Origin: Flavobacteriales bacterium
Lineage (GTDB): Bacteria; Bacteroidota; Bacteroidia; UBA10329
Direction: 5' to 3'
NCBI GenBank assembly: GCA_021741155.1
Contig: JAIOYP010000002.1
Span: forward strand, 113,557 to 177,556
DNA length: 64,000 nt
A model generated the notes under the pieces. The model did not search any database. It was not told the DNA's origin and saw nothing but the letters and a program-made list of their open reading frames with translations. The position numbers and the translations under genes are program-made. Below, piece after piece: positions 21,034 to 30,114 of this stretch. Positions within the stretch are counted from its first letter, which is position 1, and each line of letters opens with the position of its first letter.

Positions 21034-21071
21034 CATCATCACGCGGGTCATAATTAAAACAGCGTTCTGTG

Positions 21072-22124
21072 TTAATTCCCCTCCAAAATCTTAAACAACT
21101 CGTTCAGCTTTGGGGTAATGATGATTTCCGTTCTACGGTTTTTGGCCTTCGCCTCTTTGGTGTTGGCGCTATCCAAAGGCGAATATTCTGATCGGCCTGC
21201 AGCCGTCAACTGAATTGGATTAATGGAGCTAGTCTCTACCAATAACTTAACGATTGACGTAGCTCTTTTTACCGAAAGATCCCAGTTGTCGGCTACGTTT
21301 CCACTTCCACCATACGGCACGTTATCTGTGTGGCCTTCTACTAGAATCCCAACTTCTGGCTGCGTTTGAAGCACTTTTCCCAATTTAACCAAGGCCTCCT
21401 TTCCCTTTGGATCAACAACCCAACTTCCAGATTTGAATAGAAGCTGCTCTTCCATAGAAACATACACCTTTCCGTTTTTCTGCTCCACCGTCAACCCTTG
21501 GTCGGCAAAACCAAGCAACGCATTGGCAATATTGTTTTTGAGCGCAACCACCGCACTGTCTTTTCTAGCAAGCACACCTTCCAAATCGCTAATGCGCTTC
21601 GAACGCACCAGCAACTGCAAGCGCTTATCCTCCAATTCAGCTTTAGAACGGTCCAATTCGGCACGCATCGCATCCAAATTCCCCTCGCGATTTGCCAACG
21701 CCAATTCCAGCTTGTGCAACTGATCCTCGCGCCCCTGAATATCCTTCCGTGCCTCCTGCAATTCTGTGGTCAACTTCTTGGTGTCCTCCGCATTTCCCTC
21801 ACGCAGCTTGCCCATTTGCTCAAGCAACTTATCGTACGTCTCATTCAACTTATCATAGTTGGTGGTGAGCCGCGCCATGGTCGAAGAAAGCACCGTAGTA
21901 TCCTTTCTCAGATGCTCCAACTGCCGTTCATAATCAGTCATTTTGTTCGTCAAATCGGCCTCAGTCGCCTTCAAATCAATGTTCTCAGATTTAAGGCGTG
22001 CGCGCTCCTCCTCTGCTTGGGCCCGTGCCGAAACCTCATCCTGAAAACGTTTTTCTGCCACACAAGACGACAAAAGGATGGCTGAAAGCGAAGCGAAAAA
22101 GATTTTCTTAGAAGTAGAGTACAT
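21072..22124 (-). CDS. Lipoprotein with long coiled coil and C-terminal OmpA/MotB peptidoglycan-binding domain
   Basis: Lipobox LSSC, heptad-rich middle region, VEGHTDN, NWDLSVKRA and KNRRTEI. Confidence 0.9.
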   Translation of the reverse strand: MYSTSKKIFFASLSAILLSSCVAEKRFQDEVSARAQAEEERARLKSENIDLKATEADLTNKMTDYERQLEHLRKDTTVLSSTMARLTTNYDKLNETYDKLLEQMGKLREGNAEDTKKLTTELQEARKDIQGREDQLHKLELALANREGNLDAMRAELDRSKAELEDKRLQLLVRSKRISDLEGVLARKDSAVVALKNNIANALLGFADQGLTVEQKNGKVYVSMEEQLLFKSGSWVVDPKGKEALVKLGKVLQTQPEVGILVEGHTDNVPYGGSGNVADNWDLSVKRATSIVKLLVETSSINPIQLTAAGRSEYSPLDSANTKEAKAKNRRTEIIITPKLNELFKILEGN

Positions 22125-22224
22125 GAACTGTCCGATTAGATTGCATCAAAGTTACCCGTGCTCAGGCGGCACACCCGAACAAAACGCGTTCGTATTCAAC
22201 ACCAAAATGTTCATTTCTGAATGT

Positions 22225-22369
22225 GGGCGTTCCCCCGATGAAAAATCGGGGTCGGGCTTTCCGTTACAAGTCCTCGCTCGTTCCTCGCTGTGGGCTTTCC
22301 ACTTCCAAATGCGAAGCATTCGCGAACACCGCTATAAATCAAACATGATTGTTCGCAATCCCTAACGCG
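22225..22369 (+). ncRNA. Flavo-1-like structured RNA / repeat element with an internal insertion
   Basis: gggcgtt-ccccgat...atcgggg-tcgggctttccgttacaagtcctcgc...gtgggctttccact...aatccctaacgc matches my recollection of the Flavo-1 consensus; not verified by covariance search. Confidence 0.55.
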
Positions 22370-22383
22370 CGCAGTCTGCAAGC

Positions 22384-23370
22384 TTATCGCGTCAGCAAAT
22401 TCTCCTTCTTCAACCACTCATACGAATCGCGGATGGTCTCATCCAGCGGAGTGATTGCAAAACCCAACTCATCTATCGCCTTTTGGCAATTCACATGTTT
22501 GGGAATCGTCAGTTCCAAGTACTTCTCAAGTGTAAGAATCGGCTCCTTCCCATTCAACTTCGACTGTAGCGAATAGAACGGAATCACAGCCTTCATCAGC
22601 AGAGCTGGCATCACAAATTGCGTCTCCTTCTTATCCATCAATCGCTGAATGGTATTGAACACTTCCTTAAAGGTCGCACTCACGCCACCAAGCAAGTAGC
22701 GTTCGCCTGTTCTGCCTTTTTCGTAAGCAGCAATATGACCTCTTGCCACATCACTCACGTGACAGAAAATGCCGTTTCCGGGCGGAATGCCAGGCACATC
22801 ATCGTTATAAACCGCCTGTAATACCTGCGCCCAATTGTGCGAATCAAACGGCCCCATAATGTCACAGGGATTCACCAGCACGGCATCCAGTCCGTTGGCA
22901 ATCGCCTTGTCCACTTCCAACTCGGCCAAATACTTCGTTTTCACATAATTTACGGGGCTCTCCATGGCAATAGACTTGCTGGTCTCGTCAATTTCATTTG
23001 GATTTTGGCCATAAGCCGCAACCGAAGATGTATGCACAAAACGCTTCGCCTTTTTGGCTAGAGCCACCTCCACCATATTTCGGGTGCCAATCACATTATC
23101 CTGAAACTGAGCATCATTTTGCTTCGACCACATAGCAGTGTTTGCCGCCACATGAAAAATGGCATCAACCCCTTCTGGAAGGGCAGCCATCAGCGAATCC
23201 TTATCCGTAATCGCTCCTTCTTTCAGTGCCACATCAAACCGCTGTAGGTAGGTGAGATTCGATGATTTTCGATGCAAGGCGGTTACCTCCCACCCTGCTT
23301 CCAGCAATTGCTGAACAAGATTAATTCCCAAAAATCCTGTGGCTCCAGTCACAAATGCTGTCTTCTTCAT
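22384..23370 (-). CDS. Extended SDR (dihydroflavonol reductase / 3-beta-HSD-like epimerase/dehydratase)
   Basis: VTGATGFLG, FHVAA, HTSS and YVKTK (YxxxK) motifs. Confidence 0.9.
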   Translation of the reverse strand: MKKTAFVTGATGFLGINLVQQLLEAGWEVTALHRKSSNLTYLQRFDVALKEGAITDKDSLMAALPEGVDAIFHVAANTAMWSKQNDAQFQDNVIGTRNMVEVALAKKAKRFVHTSSVAAYGQNPNEIDETSKSIAMESPVNYVKTKYLAELEVDKAIANGLDAVLVNPCDIMGPFDSHNWAQVLQAVYNDDVPGIPPGNGIFCHVSDVARGHIAAYEKGRTGERYLLGGVSATFKEVFNTIQRLMDKKETQFVMPALLMKAVIPFYSLQSKLNGKEPILTLEKYLELTIPKHVNCQKAIDELGFAITPLDETIRDSYEWLKKENLLTR

Positions 23371-23478
23371 CGGTTCTCCGTTGGTTTTTAATCCCTTGCT
23401 AAAGTCCGATTTCTATTTTAGGATAGTATGCATTCCTGTGATTTAAAGATTTCGAATCTCGTTCTTCTCATTTCGGTT

Positions 23479-23952
23479 TTAATGTCCCCCCAACGGACAA
23501 CCCCCAGAAGGTGCGGACTTTTTCTCGATGGAGAGTTCCTTCACCAAATCTCCAGCACCTACGTAGCCAGGGATGGTTTTCTCTATGGCTCCTTCAACAT
23601 TGATGACTAGGATGGTCGGATAACCGCTTATACCATACCGTTGTTTCAATTCAGGGCCTTCGCCTTTTTCCATGTCCATGTTCAAGGCAATATAACTGGC
23701 GTTGATTGTCTCTACAACCAAGCCATCGAGCATGGTAGTGCTGGCCATTTTCTTACAAACGCCACACCACGAGGCATGTGCTTCCAGAAGAATGGGCTTT
23801 CCTGTTTCTGCAGAAAGTTTCAGTGCATCTTCAAATGAACCCTCGAAATAATTGATGGAAGAAGGGGTTTCGCGACTGCTAACCCAACTGGCTGCATTTA
23901 CCGATGAGAAAACGGTTAAAAACGATACTACCGAAAGAAATACTGATTTCAT
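23479..23952 (-). CDS. Exported thioredoxin-family protein
   Basis: Signal peptide, ASWCGVCK and cis-Pro motif GYPT. Confidence 0.9.
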   Translation of the reverse strand: MKSVFLSVVSFLTVFSSVNAASWVSSRETPSSINYFEGSFEDALKLSAETGKPILLEAHASWCGVCKKMASTTMLDGLVVETINASYIALNMDMEKGEGPELKQRYGISGYPTILVINVEGAIEKTIPGYVGAGDLVKELSIEKKSAPSGGCPLGGH

Positions 23953-24069
23953 GATGATTGAATTTTAGTTGTTTGATCGCTGATTTTCGTGTCGGCTGCG
24001 GAAATTGGTCAAGCGGGCGTTACTCCTACAGCAACTTACCCGCTCAGACCAACCACCAACCAATGATTA

Positions 24070-24666
24070 TTATGATTTTCGGCTTAGTTCAAGGGTCACC
24101 TTGATGTCTACTTCATCTCCAACAACGGCTGATGCAGCCCAGCTTCCAGAACCCACTCCATAATCGTTTCTGTTGATGGTGGTTTTGAGTTGAATACCCG
24201 AGATAATCGTTCCCTTTTTCATAGGATGTTCGGTCTGACCAAGAATTTTGAATGGCAAGGCCACATCTTTCGTCACATCCTTGATGGTGAGTTTGCCATG
24301 CACAAGCAATTCGCCATTGCCTTTGTCTTCAAACTTGTTTGAAACGAAGGTGATTTTTGGGAATTTCTTAGCGTTGAAGAAATCACCACTCTGTAAGTGG
24401 TTGTTGCGCTTATCATCTCTCGTATCCACACTTGCCACATCAATAGTAAAATTGGCTGATGAGTTAAGCAGGTTCTCCTTGTCCAGTTTCACAGCTCCTT
24501 CAAAATTGTTGAACCTGCCATCCACAGGAACAAGAAAGTGATTGACTGAAAAGGAAACCGAACTATGAGAGTTGTCTATGTCCCAGGTTGGGGCATCGAT
24601 GGTGGTGAATGCGCTAAGCGCAGGAAATAAGATTGTTGTGATAATGATACTTGCAATTGTTTTCAT
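24070..24666 (-). CDS. YceI-family isoprenoid/lipid-binding protein
   Basis: WDIDNSHSSVSF, RNNHLQSGDFF, GKLTIKDVTK and INRNDYGVG motifs. Confidence 0.93.
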   Translation of the reverse strand: MKTIASIIITTILFPALSAFTTIDAPTWDIDNSHSSVSFSVNHFLVPVDGRFNNFEGAVKLDKENLLNSSANFTIDVASVDTRDDKRNNHLQSGDFFNAKKFPKITFVSNKFEDKGNGELLVHGKLTIKDVTKDVALPFKILGQTEHPMKKGTIISGIQLKTTINRNDYGVGSGSWAASAVVGDEVDIKVTLELSRKS

Positions 24667-24698
24667 GATGTATGTTTTTAAGGTTAATACATCCTGAT

Positions 24699-24725
24699 GG
24701 TCGTAGGCTATTGCAGTTCCTTACA
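24699..24725 (-). promoter_or_regulatory. ECF sigma promoter TGTAAG-N16-CGACC upstream of yceI
   Basis: Minus strand ATGTAAGGAACTGCAATAGCCTACGACC; 24/28 identical to the copy at 25623-25650. Confidence 0.85.
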
Positions 24726-24781
24726 TGCAGATTGAAAAAAAAGTGGCTTTTAATTTGAAACGTGCTTAAACAAGCGAATAA

Positions 24782-25048
24782 CTAATCGTCTTTCCGCTTC
24801 ATTTGTTGCAAAATGCGCTGCTGCAAATCGCTTGTGTCTTGCGTTTCGCTGGTGGTGGTGCCTTGCTTTTTCAATTGCTCATCAATCACGGTTTGTTGCT
24901 TTTCGTAATTGCTGCACGCCTTACACATACTTGTATGCACAGATAGTTGAACCCGTTCGCCTGCCGAAAGTTGGCGGCTGAGTTTCTTCTCAATCAGTTC
25001 GGTTGCTTTCTTGCATGAAAGCATCATCATATTCATCAATTTACCCAT
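24782..25048 (-). CDS. Zinc-binding anti-sigma factor (zf-HC2/ZAS), soluble
   Basis: SCKKATEL...HTSMCKAC (HxxxCxxC); overlaps the sigma gene. Confidence 0.9.
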   Translation of the reverse strand: MGKLMNMMMLSCKKATELIEKKLSRQLSAGERVQLSVHTSMCKACSNYEKQQTVIDEQLKKQGTTTSETQDTSDLQQRILQQMKRKDD

Positions 25049-25592
25049 TGAACCATTTTTTCTGCACGCAATCGCGCAATTTGAGTTTGGCCCTGTGCAT
25101 CAGTTGCCAATAATTGGTCGGAGTTATTTCCAATTCCTTACAGATGGCATCGGCATCAAGCTGGTCGTAGTATTTCATCTGAACCACAGCAAAAAGATTG
25201 TCTGATAGCTTGTGTCGACAATCCAGAAGCGTGGTGTTGAATTCAGGATTATCGAGCAAATGTTCTTCCGTTTCCCATTCCTTCGGTTCGGCTGATTGTT
25301 TCCAATCTCCATCCTCGGTAAAAAAACCATCTGTATCTGTAAACTGGTCTGCCGAGCGATAATAGCTGCGGTAGTAATCCATGATCTTGTGTCGCAAGAT
25401 GGAGAAGAGCCACGTGCGCGGGGTACTATCTCCTTTATAGGTATCGAAACTCTTGAAAGCGGCAATAAAGGTGTCTTGCACCAAGTCTTCGGCCTCTGTT
25501 CGGTTCTTAACACGTGTGGCGGCATAGGCCACGAGTTCGGCTGTATGGTCTTTCACCAATTGCTCAATTCCTATCGTGTTGCCTTCACTCAT
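25041..25592 (-). CDS. ECF RNA polymerase sigma-70 factor
   Basis: AEDLVQDTF, TWLFSILRHKIMD and ICKELEITPTNYWQLMHRAKLKLR motifs. Confidence 0.95.
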   Translation of the reverse strand: MSEGNTIGIEQLVKDHTAELVAYAATRVKNRTEAEDLVQDTFIAAFKSFDTYKGDSTPRTWLFSILRHKIMDYYRSYYRSADQFTDTDGFFTEDGDWKQSAEPKEWETEEHLLDNPEFNTTLLDCRHKLSDNLFAVVQMKYYDQLDADAICKELEITPTNYWQLMHRAKLKLRDCVQKKWFNG

Positions 25593-25623
25593 CGTTCACG
25601 AATGTACTTTTTTCTAGCTGCGA

Positions 25624-25650
25624 TGTAAGGAATGGAAAGAGCCTACGACC
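25624..25650 (+). promoter_or_regulatory. ECF sigma promoter TGTAAG-N16-CGACC upstream of the Met-rich membrane protein
   Basis: ATGTAAGGAATGGAAAGAGCCTACGACC, preceded by a T-tract like its twin. Confidence 0.85.
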
Positions 25651-25691
25651 TACAGTGTGAAATTCAATTAATCACTAAAAAAAACAATACG

Positions 25692-26111
25692 ATGAAAAGT
25701 AAACTAATCAATGCGGCCATTGCAGGTTCGGTTGCCACCGCAGTAATGAGTGTAATTATGTTTGTAGGCCCTATGATGGGAATGCCAAAAATGAACCCTG
25801 CCGAAATGCTTTCGGGTATGATGGGCGTGCCAGTGGCAGTGGGTTGGGCCATGCACTTTATGATAGGTGTGGTGTTTGCCGCTGCCTATGTTTTGGTGTT
25901 TCAAGCCAAAGTTCCTATTGGCAATAAACCCCTTAAAGGAGCTGTGTTTGGCTTGGTAGTATTCATTTTTGCACAGATAATGATGGGAATTATGGGTGCG
26001 TTAATGGGCGGAATGCCGCAGCCAGAAGGCTCTATGGTGCTGATGATGGTGGGTAGCATTATGGGCCATGCCGTTTACGGTATTGTGGTGGCGCTATTGG
26101 CAAAAGACTGA
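25692..26111 (+). CDS. Met-rich four-TM membrane protein (DUF6789/DUF1440-like)
   Basis: 139 aa from MKSKLIN with 21 Met; His in GWAMHFMIG and SIMGHAVYG. Confidence 0.75.
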   Translation: MKSKLINAAIAGSVATAVMSVIMFVGPMMGMPKMNPAEMLSGMMGVPVAVGWAMHFMIGVVFAAAYVLVFQAKVPIGNKPLKGAVFGLVVFIFAQIMMGIMGALMGGMPQPEGSMVLMMVGSIMGHAVYGIVVALLAKD

Positions 26112-26141
26112 ACGGAAGTGTCAGGACTATAAAGTCGACCG

Positions 26142-26184
26142 AAACGCGACCATGTCTAGTTGACATGGTCGCGTTTTGTTTTTC
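26142..26184 (+). terminator. Intrinsic terminator
   Basis: aaacgcgaccatgtc-tagtt-gacatggtcgcgttt followed by tgttttt. Confidence 0.85.
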
Positions 26185-26364
26185 CTTAGAAGGCGCTTAT
26201 AGTTTCAGGTAAGCGATGTGCTGTCAGATGGTGCGAACAATTAACCCCAACCATAGCTTACATGAATTAGACCTTGAATCCGACTAAGGCGGACAGCGTG
26301 ACGTGACTTATTCGCTGCGTAGGTGGACTAACTGAATGTCATTTCTATTTTTACCAAAGCTTAG

Positions 26365-29300
26365 ATGTTGCGTCAACTCCTGTTTGCCTTTTCCTTCCTC
26401 CTACTCACCGTTGGTCAAGCTTTGGCGCAGCAATACGATTTCAAGGGATTCTCGGTTGAAGAAGGTTTGCCCCGAAGCGGTGTCTATTGCCTTTTAGAGG
26501 ATAGTCGCGGCTTCCTTTGGATTGGAACAGAAGGTGGCGGATTGTCTCGTTTTGATGGTCGCGAGTTTGTGACTTACACCGTTGGCAGTGGCCTTCCCGA
26601 CAATACCATTCGCGCGCTGTTCGAAGACCAAGATGGCAATCTTTGGATTGGAACAGATGGTCATGGTGTGTGTCGGTTTGACGGGCAATCATTCCATACA
26701 TACTCTACCGAGAATGGATTGAGCAACGATTACGTGCGTTGCATTACCCAAGGAACAGATGGCGACATCTGGGTTGGTACTTTCGGTGGCGGAATCGACC
26801 GAATGCATTTCGGGAAAGACTCCGTTTCAATCACGGTTTTCGGGAAAAATGGCCCGTTGGGAAGCGATGATGTGCGTGCTGCACTTCGCACTGCTGATGG
26901 CGCACTTTGGTTTGGAACAGATGCTGGCCTTTGCCGCACCGATGGCACTAATTGGAAAACCTACGGAACCAAGGATAGCCTTCCGCACGACCGAATCCTC
27001 GTTCTGTTTGAAGACGACCAGAAAAACCTCTGGATTGGAACGCAAGAAGGTTTAAGCAAAAAGGTGGGCGAAACATTCGTCAATTTTGATGATGATTCTG
27101 GTCTGATTAGCAATCGCGTTCGTGCCATTGCGCAAGATTTGCAAGGCAACATGTGGTTCGGAACGCAAGATGGTGTTTCGAGATATGACGGCAAAACCTT
27201 CGTCTCCTTTACCGAGAAGAACGGTTTGAGTAATGATCGAATTCGCCACATTACGGCTGACAGAAGCGGGAATCTCTGGTTCGGAACGTATTTCGGAGGA
27301 ATCTGCCGCTATTCAGGAGAGCAATTCATCCACTTCACCCAACAGGACGGCATCAGTAGCAATCAGGTACTTTCCGTATTCAACCAGCAAGATGGTTCCA
27401 TTCTGCTTGGCACGCTGGAAGGCGTAACCGTACTTCGTCCTCAACCAAACGGCAACTGGGAAATTGAACGCGACCCAGTCGGTTTATTTTTCTTCGATCA
27501 AGCCATCAACGTCATTACCACTGCTCCCAGTGGCGAGGTTTGGATTGGCACCAATTCTGGAATTTCGGTTCAAATCGATGGACACGTTTCAGAATTAGAA
27601 ACGGACGGACAGCCATTTCGAGAAAACGTGAAAGCCCTCTTAATTGAAGAGGATGGTTCGTTTTGGGTTGGCACCAATCAAGGCGTTACCCGATTTGAAA
27701 AAACGGATGACGGATTTTCATTCGATCAATACCACAGCAACGCCAATATAAATGAGAGTCAGGTCTCTTCCATTACGCGCGATGCAGCAGGAAGAATTTG
27801 GATTGGCTACATCCGCTCCCAGCCCGTCATTTTTGAAAATGGTGAGTTCATCATTCCTAAGCTCCCTCCTACCCTAACCGACATTTCCGCCATTGTGCAA
27901 GGTCCGCACGGGTTTCTGTGGATTGCCACCGAGGGCAATGGGTTGTTCAGGTATCAGGTTGCGAGAGACCAAATCAGCGAATCCGATTTCACACATTTCG
28001 GAACGGAACAAGGGCTTTCTTCTACTAACCTCCGCCAACTGCAATTTGATGCCGAAAGGAACCTTTGGGCTGGAACTGCTTCTGGTATCGATCAAATCTT
28101 TCTCAACAATCGAGGGGAAATAAAAAGTGTGAAGCACTTTGGCCGCAAAGAAGGCTTCATCGGAACGGAAACAAATGAGAATGCTTCGTGCCTCGATAAA
28201 AACGGAAACCTATGGTTTGGAACCATCCATGGCGCCACGCGCTACAATGCAGATGCGCAACCGCCCAGTTCAATTGAAAACAAGCTTCATATCACCAAGG
28301 TTTACCTCGAATTTGAAGATGCCGACTGGAACACAAGCACCTACGCTAATGGAATAACTGGCTATTTCGGACTTCCGAACGAGTTGAATCTTCCGTACGC
28401 ATTAAACAGCCTCACGATTGAATACAACGCCATCGATCTTCGCAATCCAGATCAAGTCCGCTATCAGTGGAAATTGGAAGGCTACAGCGATGAATGGTCG
28501 ATGGTGGAAGACAAGAGCCATCATTCATTTACAAACCTGAGCCCAGGCAGTTACACGTTTCTCGTTCGTTCGGTCAACAGCAATGGCATTTGGAACGAGA
28601 CACCTGCCAGCTTTACGTTCGTAGTTATTCCTCCCGTTTGGATGCGATGGTGGTTTATTGCCCTTTGCGTGTTACTGCTGGTGGCGTTGGTTTTCGCCAT
28701 TATCAAGATTCGCGAGAAACGATACCAAGCCGAGAGGCGGAAATTGCAAATAATGGTAGATGACCGCACCAAAGAACTTCGCCACGAAAAAGATCGCTCA
28801 GACGAGCTTTTGCTCAATATTCTTCCGTTAGAAACAGCCGAGGAACTGAAGAAAAACGGCTATGCATCCGTACAGCAATACGATATGGTGTCCGTGCTCT
28901 TTACCGATTTTGTTGGTTTCACAAACATTACTGAAGGGATTTCACATACAGAGTTGGTGAGGTCGTTGGATGAACACTTCCGCCTGTTTGATGGCGTGAT
29001 GGACAAGTATCGCATCGAAAAGATTAAAACAATTGGCGATGCGTACATGGCCGCGGGCGGTATTCCCATGCGCACCATCACCAATCCAATGGCGGTTGTG
29101 GCGGCAGGTCTGGAGATGATTCACTTACTGCTAGAACTCAATAGGAAGAAAGAACTGAAAGGCGAAACAGCTTGGAATCTCCGTTTGGGAATCCACACAG
29201 GAAGCGTCATCTCGGGCGTGGTTGGCAAGAATAAATTCGCATTTGACATATGGGGAGATGCTGTAAACACAGCCGCCCGAATGGAAAGCAGCGGTGAGGT

Positions 29301-29523
29301 AATGAAAGTGAACATCAGCGGTTCAACTTACGAACTGGTGAAAGATTATTTCGAATGCACTTCGAGGGGAAAAATCAAAGCGAAAAACAAGGGCGAGATT
29401 GAAATGTATTTCGTGGAACGACTCAAAACTGATTTCAGCAATGACGAAACTGGGTTCATCCCAAATTCAACCTTTATGGACATCTTGCGTAAGGAAGATG
29501 GAAAAATTTCTACGGCCAATTAA
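26365..29523 (+). CDS. Membrane class III adenylate cyclase with HTCS-type periplasmic sensor (beta-propeller repeats + Y_Y_Y)
   Basis: Many GLxxxxVxxIxxDxxGxLWxGT repeats, FTNLSPGSYTF, one TM helix, then LFTDFVGFT, EKIKTIGDAYM and FDIWGDAVNTAARMES. Confidence 0.92.
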   Translation: MLRQLLFAFSFLLLTVGQALAQQYDFKGFSVEEGLPRSGVYCLLEDSRGFLWIGTEGGGLSRFDGREFVTYTVGSGLPDNTIRALFEDQDGNLWIGTDGHGVCRFDGQSFHTYSTENGLSNDYVRCITQGTDGDIWVGTFGGGIDRMHFGKDSVSITVFGKNGPLGSDDVRAALRTADGALWFGTDAGLCRTDGTNWKTYGTKDSLPHDRILVLFEDDQKNLWIGTQEGLSKKVGETFVNFDDDSGLISNRVRAIAQDLQGNMWFGTQDGVSRYDGKTFVSFTEKNGLSNDRIRHITADRSGNLWFGTYFGGICRYSGEQFIHFTQQDGISSNQVLSVFNQQDGSILLGTLEGVTVLRPQPNGNWEIERDPVGLFFFDQAINVITTAPSGEVWIGTNSGISVQIDGHVSELETDGQPFRENVKALLIEEDGSFWVGTNQGVTRFEKTDDGFSFDQYHSNANINESQVSSITRDAAGRIWIGYIRSQPVIFENGEFIIPKLPPTLTDISAIVQGPHGFLWIATEGNGLFRYQVARDQISESDFTHFGTEQGLSSTNLRQLQFDAERNLWAGTASGIDQIFLNNRGEIKSVKHFGRKEGFIGTETNENASCLDKNGNLWFGTIHGATRYNADAQPPSSIENKLHITKVYLEFEDADWNTSTYANGITGYFGLPNELNLPYALNSLTIEYNAIDLRNPDQVRYQWKLEGYSDEWSMVEDKSHHSFTNLSPGSYTFLVRSVNSNGIWNETPASFTFVVIPPVWMRWWFIALCVLLLVALVFAIIKIREKRYQAERRKLQIMVDDRTKELRHEKDRSDELLLNILPLETAEELKKNGYASVQQYDMVSVLFTDFVGFTNITEGISHTELVRSLDEHFRLFDGVMDKYRIEKIKTIGDAYMAAGGIPMRTITNPMAVVAAGLEMIHLLLELNRKKELKGETAWNLRLGIHTGSVISGVVGKNKFAFDIWGDAVNTAARMESSGEVMKVNISGSTYELVKDYFECTSRGKIKAKNKGEIEMYFVERLKTDFSNDETGFIPNSTFMDILRKEDGKISTAN

Positions 29524-29574
29524 ACCTTGGCAGCGTTATTGGCATCAGACCCACAAACATTAAAACTATAGAAC

Positions 29575-30063
29575 ATGAAAAAGATAATGGCAACAGTTGG
29601 AGTGGTAGCCCTTTTAGTAGGCAACAGCTTCGCACAGGACAAAATGGCCAATGAGCCAGTAAGAATGCACAAACGCGGAGAACTCCGCCAAGAAAAAGGA
29701 CAGCACGATAAAATGGCTGACATCCCGAACTTGACTGATGAACAAAAGGCCAAGATTAAAGACATCAAAGATGAAAATCGGAAGAAATGCGAACCGCAGC
29801 GCGCTGAGATGAAAGAACTCAGAACTAAGCTTCATGAAATGAAAACATCTGAGAAACCTGACCTTAACGAAATCAACTCTTTGATTGATAAATTAGCTTC
29901 CATGAAGGCTGAAGTAGAGAAATCAAAAACGGCTGCTGAATTGAAAGTTCGTAGCATTTTAACACCAGAGCAACTCAAAGCAGTAGATACAAAACACGCA
30001 GAGAACATGAAAATGCGCGAGGAAAAGCAGAAAGAGCGTAAAGAAATGAAAGGCGCTAAATAG
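29575..30063 (+). CDS. Spy/CpxP-family periplasmic chaperone (LTXXQ motifs)
   Basis: Signal peptide; LTDEQ and LTPEQ motifs. Confidence 0.85.
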   Translation: MKKIMATVGVVALLVGNSFAQDKMANEPVRMHKRGELRQEKGQHDKMADIPNLTDEQKAKIKDIKDENRKKCEPQRAEMKELRTKLHEMKTSEKPDLNEINSLIDKLASMKAEVEKSKTAAELKVRSILTPEQLKAVDTKHAENMKMREEKQKERKEMKGAK

Positions 30064-30073
30064 ATTCTAATCC

Positions 30074-30108
30074 AAGACCTACTAGGTTTTTGAAACCTAG
30101 TAGGTCTT
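30074..30108. repeat. REP-like palindrome / terminator
   Basis: aagacctactaggttt-ttg-aaacctagtaggtctt, a perfect 16-bp stem. Confidence 0.75.
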
Positions 30109-30114
30109 TTTCGT

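Noticed and set aside
21072-22124. Flagellar stator MotB
   Set aside because: It has a lipoprotein signal rather than the Asp-containing TM helix, and there are no motA or flagellar genes.
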